This document shows, piece after piece, positions 57,166 through 64,000 of a stretch of 64,000 nt of DNA. Both the position numbers and the translations under genes were made by a program. Positions within the stretch are counted from its first letter, which is position 1; each line of letters begins with the position of its first letter. Source of the DNA: Planctomycetota bacterium (GTDB lineage: Bacteria > Planctomycetota > GCA-002687715 > CAIWVZ01); assembly GCA_044222185.1 (NCBI GenBank), contig JBGANV010000007.1:128001-192000 (forward strand). The letters run 5' to 3'. Under the pieces are notes generated by a model. The model had not been told where the DNA came from and made no database searches. It worked only from the letters and a program-made list of their open reading frames with translations.

Positions 57166-60100
57166 TCAAAGCACGAGGAAGAGGACCTCTTGTGGCTGAA
57201 GTGTCGTGTTTTGAAGCGCCCCGTACGTGGTCGCGACGCCGTTCGAGATGGCGTTGCGGTACACCGTGACGGCCGTCCCTGGCGCGATCGTGACGCCACC
57301 AATCTGTGTCGGCAGCGTCACCGCGACCGATTGGTTGCTGTTCCAGGCATTTGCGACGAGGAGTCCCGTGGATGTCGAGAGCTTCCACGCCGAATGCCAC
57401 GCGACGGGGACCGTGACCAAGAATGGCGGCCCACCTACCTCCTTGTAGGTGGCACTTGTCACGCACGAGAACCCGTTAGTCGTCTGCATGACGCCGTCAT
57501 TCAGGAAGTTCCGCGCGGGTCCCTGTCCGGTCCGCACACAGTTGATGAGAAACGCCAGGGGTACGGGATCCGAGCGCTGCGGCGTCGGGAGCATCGCCAG
57601 GGTTGTGACGCCGAGCGCGCACGCTCCACCCTGGCCGCCCTGCGATGTCGGAGCGAGGTACTCCGCAGCGAGCATCCATTCGATGAGACCGTATGCCTCC
57701 CACGCCCCCGACGTGAGCGTCTTCGCCAACGCGACGAGCCAGCTCTGCACCTGGCGATCGCGCTCTGATTGGCCCATGCCGGGATATGTCGTCGGCACTC
57801 TGATGTCCCAGACCATGGAGCGCACGATTTCGGAGTACACGAACTGAAAGGCCGGCACGACCTCGCTCCCCGGAACTCCCGGCGCCGGCCACCCGCTGAC
57901 GGCGCTGGACCTGATCCCCTGGACGGCGACGGTTCCGATCGACAGCTCGCACGGGTCCTCGATGGCCATCTCGAAGTTCGGGTTGCCGGCCTTTCCTGCC
58001 GCCAGCGTCGAGTTGAACAGGTTCTTGAGCGCGTCGGCTTTCCAACGACCGTTGCCGATCGGATGCCCCGAGGTCGGATCGAAGTTGTCGTAGACCGTCC
58101 CGCCATTCATCTGATCGAACAGGTAGAGATCGACCGCCGATGCCTGGTTGTTGTCCGCTGCCATGCGGGCCGCCGCCTCCTGGTGACGCGCGACGGTGAA
58201 CGGCTTGGACGGGTCCATCAGGTAGTGGTTGGAGGTCCACGGGATGAGATCGAGGTCCTGATCCCGATGGAAGTAGTTCCCGAACCGGTCTACGCAGGCG
58301 ATGCCCTGCCACGGAGGCGGATCGCTGGTCACGCCTGCATACCCTGGAACCCAGAAGTCGTAGTTTCCTGGTGGGCAGCCCGGAGTGATTTCGGTTCGGG
58401 TCACGGCCCAGTTCAGACCGGCGATCATGGCTGCCGCGCGGTTGCCCGTTCCGTGGAGTCCGCTCCAGCACGACAGGATCGCCTGCTCGGAGTGGATCGC
58501 GGGGTAAGGACCGCCGGGCGAGCTCGGCGTGCCAATCACGTTCAGCGGCACGTAGTACGGGCCGATGTACGTCCCGTTCTTCTCGAACCCCCGGAACATC
58601 CCCATCATTTCGCCGTTCACCCCGCCCGGGGAGGCGAGTGCCTGTTGCCAGGCGGACAGTACCGTCGCCCACGATTCAATGGGCGCAATCTCGCCTCCGA
58701 AGCCCCGCGGCTGGAGGTCCGCCTCGAATATGGTCGGACGGGTCCGCGTCCAGGCGGCCGGCGTCCGGGCCGCCGCAGCGCTCCACCACGGCTGTTGCCG
58801 TGCCCACGATCGGTACGTCTCTGCGGCGGCCATCCAGCTCCCGACGCAGGGGTGAATGACCGTCTTGTACGCCGGAACGGCGACGTTCGCCTCGCTGGGA
58901 ACGTTCTGCGAGATGCTCAACCGCACGACCTGGTTCGCGGCGTCCCAGTTCGTCGCGACTGTTTTCGCCTCACCAAACGGGTCGTGGGCCGCGATTCCCA
59001 GCCCGCGAACGCCATCGTAGACCGCAGCGAACTGCATGGCTGCCAGGCCTGGGTATTCGACCGTGCCTTCCCAGTCCCCGTAGGGATGGCCCGCGTCGAT
59101 GTTCCTGGGGTTCACGACGTACCCCCCGCCCCGCGGGTTGAAGATGCGGAGTTCGCGCGCCGCGTCGGAGAGCGGCGCGTTGACCTGGAGATCCGGGCAA
59201 GTGATCCGTTCGAGGATCACGGCCGGCGATGGCGTCACCGACGGTTTGAAAGCGATCTCCGTGTTCGATGGCCCCGGAACCGTCGGTTCGGAGGAGATTT
59301 CCACCATCATCCCGAGCGTGGGCGGCAGTCCAGACTTGGCGGTTGCTCGGATTCCCTCCACGGTGCCCTCGACGAAAGGCGTCACGTCGAAGGCTGCGCC
59401 GTCGCTGGTCGAGGACGAAGGGTTTTGGTCGCTCACCGCGTTGCGGCGCGAGAGTGTGTAGAGGGGCGACCCACCGGCCTTGAGCAGGTTCTCGCCGACG
59501 GGGGTCCTGTTTCCATCGACGTTGCGAACTTCCATGAGCCGGCCGCGGGACGCATCGAACATCACGGAGAGCGCCGTGCTCTTGACCTCGTAGCAGATGG
59601 GCGTCTCGAGGGTGCCGAATTCGGCGTCCGTTCCCGTGAAGTCCACGTTGTCGACATAGAGCCGGACGCCGGGCGCGTTGGCGCATTCGACGAGCAGTCG
59701 CACCCTCTCGGCCTCCGGGCCGACGGTGTAGGACACGGTGAATTCCTGCCAGTTTTCCGCGCGTGGGACCTGAGTCGACGTCGAACCGCTGGCGATGCTC
59801 CAGGTGGGTTTGAACCCCGCCGCATGGAGAGTCACGACGGCGTTCGGCGATGCCGCCTGCGGCAGGTAGAGGATGCGGACCTTCGCCCGAAGGGTTTTGT
59901 TCATCATCGCCGCCGTCACCTTCCACTCCTTGGCCAAGTGGTAAAGCGTGTTTCCCGCGGCGACGTCGATGCGACACGACGTGCTTCCACAGTTGACGAG
60001 GCCTGCCGCCGGCTCCGGCTCGACCATGTCGGATGGCCAGTTCACCGTCCAGTTCTCGGGGACCATGCTCGACCCTTGCTGGTACCAGCGCTCGAAGTTC

Positions 60101-60171
60101 GAGTTGAGGAGATTCTGCGCATTGAGGCTGCCGAGGACGGCGAGGAGAACGACTGCGCATCGGCGTTTCAT
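57166..60171 (-). CDS. Secreted 1001-aa protein: CBM-like N-domain plus probable glycoside-hydrolase-like (DUF6259-like) barrel
   Basis: Signal peptide; NLLNSNFE...LYVDNVDF; YPGLAAMQFAAVY, AHDPFGEAK, SWMAAAETYRSWA, YLFDQMNGG, IEDPCE, VPAFQFVYSE. Confidence 0.8.
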   Translation of the reverse strand: MKRRCAVVLLAVLGSLNAQNLLNSNFERWYQQGSSMVPENWTVNWPSDMVEPEPAAGLVNCGSTSCRIDVAAGNTLYHLAKEWKVTAAMMNKTLRAKVRILYLPQAASPNAVVTLHAAGFKPTWSIASGSTSTQVPRAENWQEFTVSYTVGPEAERVRLLVECANAPGVRLYVDNVDFTGTDAEFGTLETPICYEVKSTALSVMFDASRGRLMEVRNVDGNRTPVGENLLKAGGSPLYTLSRRNAVSDQNPSSSTSDGAAFDVTPFVEGTVEGIRATAKSGLPPTLGMMVEISSEPTVPGPSNTEIAFKPSVTPSPAVILERITCPDLQVNAPLSDAARELRIFNPRGGGYVVNPRNIDAGHPYGDWEGTVEYPGLAAMQFAAVYDGVRGLGIAAHDPFGEAKTVATNWDAANQVVRLSISQNVPSEANVAVPAYKTVIHPCVGSWMAAAETYRSWARQQPWWSAAAARTPAAWTRTRPTIFEADLQPRGFGGEIAPIESWATVLSAWQQALASPGGVNGEMMGMFRGFEKNGTYIGPYYVPLNVIGTPSSPGGPYPAIHSEQAILSCWSGLHGTGNRAAAMIAGLNWAVTRTEITPGCPPGNYDFWVPGYAGVTSDPPPWQGIACVDRFGNYFHRDQDLDLIPWTSNHYLMDPSKPFTVARHQEAAARMAADNNQASAVDLYLFDQMNGGTVYDNFDPTSGHPIGNGRWKADALKNLFNSTLAAGKAGNPNFEMAIEDPCELSIGTVAVQGIRSSAVSGWPAPGVPGSEVVPAFQFVYSEIVRSMVWDIRVPTTYPGMGQSERDRQVQSWLVALAKTLTSGAWEAYGLIEWMLAAEYLAPTSQGGQGGACALGVTTLAMLPTPQRSDPVPLAFLINCVRTGQGPARNFLNDGVMQTTNGFSCVTSATYKEVGGPPFLVTVPVAWHSAWKLSTSTGLLVANAWNSNQSVAVTLPTQIGGVTIAPGTAVTVYRNAISNGVATTYGALQNTTLQPQEVLFLVL

Positions 60172-60366
60172 GGTGGTCCTTCCCGTGGCTCTTGTGGCGG
60201 GTCGACCATGAAGAGTCCATTTCGACGCGCGATGTCACGCGCGCACTCGAAAATTCGAGCGCACGGGCACTCACGGTCGCTTCTCGCGGCGGCAAGAGGA
60301 GAGGCGGCCGACCGCGGGGCGTCGCCGGCGGCGGGGCTCGCACACCGCCCGCTCGCCAGCGAGCCG

Positions 60367-61088
60367 TCAGGGTCTCAGGGTCGCCCGATAGAGATTCGTG
60401 GTACTTCCCACAGCCGGGTTCGACGTGGACACCGTGAGTGTCTGGATCCCTGCGGCGAATCCGAGGAGCCCCGGGTTCTGCGGGATCGTGATGGGGAGCG
60501 CCGTGCCGGTTGGCAGCGTCGCCACGCGATGGGCGAGAGCCCGACGAGCGCCACGCCGAAGTTCCCGATCGGGATCGAGCCGTCGAGGGCGCCGATCACG
60601 TAGACGGACATCCCCGGCACACCGTTGATGACGTCGAACGTCAGCGTCGCGCCGAGACGCGGTGCGCCCGTCACGCTCATGAACCAGATCGGCCGCTCGA
60701 ACGCACCCATCTCGGCGGAAGCGGTTCCGCTCAACGTGGAATCGATGATGCGAGGCTACTCGTCCCAATCCTTCGCGACGAGCGTCGCGAGCGACGCATC
60801 CGCTGTCCCGATGCACGGCGACGTCGCCGCGAGGTGAAGGTGACCCAGCGACGCCGCAATGACCTGTGGATCGACGTCGATGTTTCCGCGGAAGCCCGGA
60901 TACGCGCCATCGGAGTTGAAGACGCGGATGCCAGGAACGGCACCCAGGTTGGTCACGTTGCCCCACAGGATCGAGTTGCGGATCGAGCCCGACCAGCCCG
61001 TGCCCGACAGCCCGACGTGGCACCCCGTGACGGTCGCGTGAACGATGTCGAAGCTGCCACTGGTGAGCCGGATGCCGTCCCTGGCGCA
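60367..61088 (-). pseudogene. Truncated beta-helix/choice-of-anchor-Q-like secreted protein gene
   Basis: IRNSILWGN, GNIDVDP, HLAATSPCIGTA, DWDE*PRIID...EMGAFE; in-frame TAG at 60756-60758, frameshift near 60530, 5' end cut at R3. Confidence 0.82.
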
Positions 61089-61228
61089 CGCTCCTCCGCC
61101 GCTGGCGCGTCCGTCATCCGGTGACGCCCGGATCCACGTGCGATGCCTCGACGTTGAACCGGACGAGGTCCGGCACCTGGATGGCGCCCGGGAAGATCGC
61201 CGACCTCACCGCCTGCGCCACGTGGGAT
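61089..61228 (+). repeat. Repeat copy R3 (140 bp, identical to 52182-52321)
   Basis: Direct comparison CGCTCCTCCGCC...GCCACGTGGGAT. Confidence 0.95.
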
Positions 61229-63755
61229 CCTGCGCGTGAACGAAGATGCCCGCGATTCCCGGCACGTAGGGAACCGGGAACGTGATCGTGCTCGCTCCCG
61301 GGTTTGCCGATCCGCTCGCACCGAGCACGCCCGAGCCGGCGAGCGCCGCGGTCGTCGGATCGATGAACACGGTGCCGAACGGTGGGGCCTGGATCTGGGC
61401 CGCCCCGAGGGAGAAGTAGAGGTTCCACTGGTCGCCCGGCGCGCCGAGCACGTCGAGTTTGAGTGACCCTCCCGGCCTGGGGAACGTGTTGACCGCCAGC
61501 TGCCGCGTGCAGTTCGTGATGAACATCGGGCCTGGCGAGATGATGTCGATGTCCTGGTCTCGATCGAAGTCGGCGAAGGCCGAGTATTCGGTCCAGCCGA
61601 TGCTGTAAGGCGACGCCGACATGGGAGCACCGGCCGTGAAGGTGCCGGCCCCGTTGTTGATGAAGATCGTCGCGCCGTCGAGGATCAGATCCAGGTCGCC
61701 GTCGTTGTCGAGGTCGCAGAGCTGCGGGGTCTGGCCCTGGTAGAGCTGGCCGATCGGCAAGGGCGGGCCGGGCGTGAATTGGCCCGCTCCGTTCCCGAAA
61801 TACACGACGGCATCGACGATCACGTCTGCGAGCCCGTCGCCGTTCAAGTCACCTGCGACGGCCGTGTAGCCCGTGATCGGCGTCGCCACCGCATTGAACG
61901 TCGCCGGACCCGTCCGGAGGTACACGTAGCTCTGCGCCGGGAAGTTGACCGGAGCGACGGCGAGAAACGAGTTGAGCTGCCAGATGTCCATGAGGCCGTC
62001 GCCGTTCACGTCGGTGATACACAGCGCTGTGGTGTTCCCTGGGGGGCCGAGCCGTTGTGGGACGCCGAAACCAGCCGAGCCGTTGTTCAGCATGATCTCC
62101 GTCGAGAACGAGCGCAGATTCGGAAACGCGATTGGCGACGCGATGATGTCCACGTCTCCATCCCCATCGACGTCGGTGGTCGCGACCAACGCACGACCCA
62201 GCGCCGCGGGGTTGATGACGGTGGAGGTGAAGGACGTTCCATTGTTGATCATGAGCACGTCTGGCCCCGTGAGCCATGGGAACGTCGGCTGGTAGGGAAC
62301 GAGTACGTCCGAGTCTCCGTCGCCGTCTGCGTCGAAGACGCCGACGCTGATGAAGCTCATCTGAATTGGCTGGGGAAGGGCGATACTCGGACCGGGAGTG
62401 AAGTAGCCGTCACCGTCGTTGCGACCGGTGACGAGTAGCTGGGGCGCGATGAAACGGAGTCCGAACAAATCCGGAATTCCGTCTTGATCGACGTTTCCGA
62501 CGAACACGTTCGTCAAGTCTCCCAGCCCACCGAGCGGCTGCGGGAACGGTGCTATCTGGCCCGTTCCGGAATTGAACAGCACCGCGGGGGTGTAGTCGGG
62601 CGCAAGGGCACATACGACGTCCTTGTCGCCGTCACCGTCGACGTCGGACTTGAACGCCCGCGGTGCCCCGCTCAGGAGGCTCGCGCTGAGGAAGCCCGTG
62701 AGCACTTGGGCTACGGCTGCGAAATTCCCGTTGGGCAGCATCGGATGCACTTCGATGCTCGGAGTGACGTAGCGGTCGCCGAAGACGAGGATGTCATCTC
62801 GCTGGTCCGAGTTGACATCGAGAGCGACGATGTGTTCCGCAGGGCCCAGCTCGATCGATGGGCCATACACAGGGCTGGTCAACGGCCCGTAGATCAACGT
62901 GGCCGGGCCTCCCGCCTGGGACCAGGAATTCACGCGCTCCGCGATGATGAGGTCGGGAAACACGTCGTTATTGAAATTGCCCAGGGTCGCGGACCAGATG
63001 GGCGCAGCCCCTGTCCCAGGGATGGGAGTCAGCGAGAACGAACCCGCCGTGTTGATCGCGATCACTGCCGCAGTGCCGCCTTGGACGTCGCGGGGCGAGA
63101 ATAGGATGTCGAGGTCGCCGTCGTTGTCGAGATCGCTGAGCGCGATCCGGCCCGTGGGGAGTCCCGTTTGCGGCAGCCCGGTCGGGCTCGCGACGAACGT
63201 CGTTGGCCCGACGTTCAGCCAGACGGCGCCTCGCCCCGGCACCGGGCCGACGGCTGGGAGGTATTGCTCCGTCGTCATCACCAGGTCTGGGCGGCCGTCA
63301 CCGTTGACGTCGCCGGCGGCCAACGTCACTGCCCCGGCTCCGAAGCTGGGGTAGAGCGCCGGCAACGGCGGGGTGGTCGCCGATGTCGTGTCGTAGGCGA
63401 ACCCGGGCGACGCATACGCGACGACGACTCCGTTGCCGAGTTGCGGAATCGCGGCGAGATCCATGAGCCCGTCGCCGTTGAAGTCGGCAGCAACCACCGA
63501 TTTGGGTCGTAGGAACGGTGGCGCGATGCAGGGACGCCTGAAATGCCCCGTGCCGTCTCCGAGGAGGATCTCCGTTTCCGTCACGAGGTCGATCGTTCCG
63601 TTGCCGTCGAGGTCCGCCGCGCAATAGACCCCCTCCGCGATGGCCGGCATCGGCCGCTCCACGATGCGGTAGATCGGCGCCTGTCCCATGCCCATCGCCG
63701 TCGCCAGCGATCCCACCCCCCACACGATCCCTGCGAACCAGTTTCGAGTCGCCAT
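61206..63755 (-). CDS. Secreted FG-GAP/VCBS repeat protein, 3'-truncated by R3
   Basis: More than ten DxxGDGxxD-type repeats (ADLDGNGTIDL, ADFNGDGLMDL, GDVNGDGRPDL, SDLDNDGDLDI...); GGAGG RBS; terminal DPTWRRR* is encoded by the antisense strand of R3. Confidence 0.92.
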   Translation of the reverse strand: MATRNWFAGIVWGVGSLATAMGMGQAPIYRIVERPMPAIAEGVYCAADLDGNGTIDLVTETEILLGDGTGHFRRPCIAPPFLRPKSVVAADFNGDGLMDLAAIPQLGNGVVVAYASPGFAYDTTSATTPPLPALYPSFGAGAVTLAAGDVNGDGRPDLVMTTEQYLPAVGPVPGRGAVWLNVGPTTFVASPTGLPQTGLPTGRIALSDLDNDGDLDILFSPRDVQGGTAAVIAINTAGSFSLTPIPGTGAAPIWSATLGNFNNDVFPDLIIAERVNSWSQAGGPATLIYGPLTSPVYGPSIELGPAEHIVALDVNSDQRDDILVFGDRYVTPSIEVHPMLPNGNFAAVAQVLTGFLSASLLSGAPRAFKSDVDGDGDKDVVCALAPDYTPAVLFNSGTGQIAPFPQPLGGLGDLTNVFVGNVDQDGIPDLFGLRFIAPQLLVTGRNDGDGYFTPGPSIALPQPIQMSFISVGVFDADGDGDSDVLVPYQPTFPWLTGPDVLMINNGTSFTSTVINPAALGRALVATTDVDGDGDVDIIASPIAFPNLRSFSTEIMLNNGSAGFGVPQRLGPPGNTTALCITDVNGDGLMDIWQLNSFLAVAPVNFPAQSYVYLRTGPATFNAVATPITGYTAVAGDLNGDGLADVIVDAVVYFGNGAGQFTPGPPLPIGQLYQGQTPQLCDLDNDGDLDLILDGATIFINNGAGTFTAGAPMSASPYSIGWTEYSAFADFDRDQDIDIISPGPMFITNCTRQLAVNTFPRPGGSLKLDVLGAPGDQWNLYFSLGAAQIQAPPFGTVFIDPTTAALAGSGVLGASGSANPGASTITFPVPYVPGIAGIFVHAQDPTWRRR

Positions 63756-64000
63756 GTGCCCTCCGTCGTTCTCGTCGCGAAACCCTCCGAGCGATCGAGC
63801 CTTCATCGAATCGAGGAATGCCAGCGCGGTGCCCGCGCGTGCGCTCGCATCCCATCGGGCCGCAGCTCCGAGTTGAAGGCGCCCGCGAGGCAGGCGTCGT
63901 TCGTCGTGAGTACGCGTGAGGACTGCGCGACGTTCAGGCCGAATTGCCGAGCAAATTCGCACTCTCGATCGTGCGACTCTGCGCGCGCTGCTCGCGATGT

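Larger units (their letters stand above)
52134..61331. mobile_element. Accessory island segmented by direct repeats of the M23 3' end (no integrase seen)
   Basis: Three direct repeats, duplicated FG-GAP gene end, defence genes with visibly more A/T-ending codons, IS remnant, truncated genes at repeat edges. Confidence 0.65.

Noticed and set aside
57769-60603. 944-aa plus-strand ORF (and similar long ORFs such as 4356-6083, 20535-22610, 38293-40200, 16025-17734)
   Set aside because: These are antisense shadow frames of real genes, Arg/Gly-rich with no motifs, as expected at high GC.
60756-60758. In-frame TAG as pyrrolysine or readthrough recoding
   Set aside because: The same gene also has a frameshift and lacks its 5' end, so pseudogenisation is simpler; TAG is used as a normal stop elsewhere in the window.
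52134-61228. CRISPR array or integron attC sites
   Set aside because: Repeats are 140-190 bp, protein-coding and kilobases apart; no RYYYAAC/GTTRRRY ends, cas genes or intI were seen.
52355-61331. DGR template/variable repeat pair (52355-52456 vs 61230-61331)
   Set aside because: Mismatches are not adenine-specific (T/G, C/G and T/C changes, many synonymous) and no reverse transcriptase is in the window.
1-64000. tRNA/rRNA/tmRNA genes
   Set aside because: No cloverleaf or rRNA signature was recognised by eye; tRNAscan/Infernal would be needed to exclude them formally.

Overview
High-GC bacterial chromosomal window. The gene repertoire suggests an uncultured Planctomycetota-type genome (inference only). 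Positions 1-52 kb hold mostly housekeeping and envelope genes. These include a type II secretion/type IV pilus operon (secretin, two GspG-like pilins, GspF, GspE and an embedded GT2 glycosyltransferase), a separate PilV/W/X-like minor pilin operon, M28/M16/M23 peptidases, a GH29 fucosidase, an orphan GroES, map, an agmatinase, a kinase-RDD protein and several large secreted proteins. From about 52.1 kb there is an accessory region segmented by three copies of the 3' end of an M23-like gene (52134-52322, 56646-56860, 61089-61228). The segments carry a SIR2-HerA anti-phage pair, an IS256 remnant, a 1001-aa secreted glycoside-hydrolase-like protein, a pseudogene and an FG-GAP protein. Neighbouring genes are cut exactly at the repeat boundaries and no integrase is visible. 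This repeat-segmented array is the most unusual structure in the window. A roughly 100-aa domain shared by several secreted proteins and a candidate switch-like sRNA are also noted. No rRNA, tRNA or CRISPR array was seen. All alignments and mismatch counts were done by eye.
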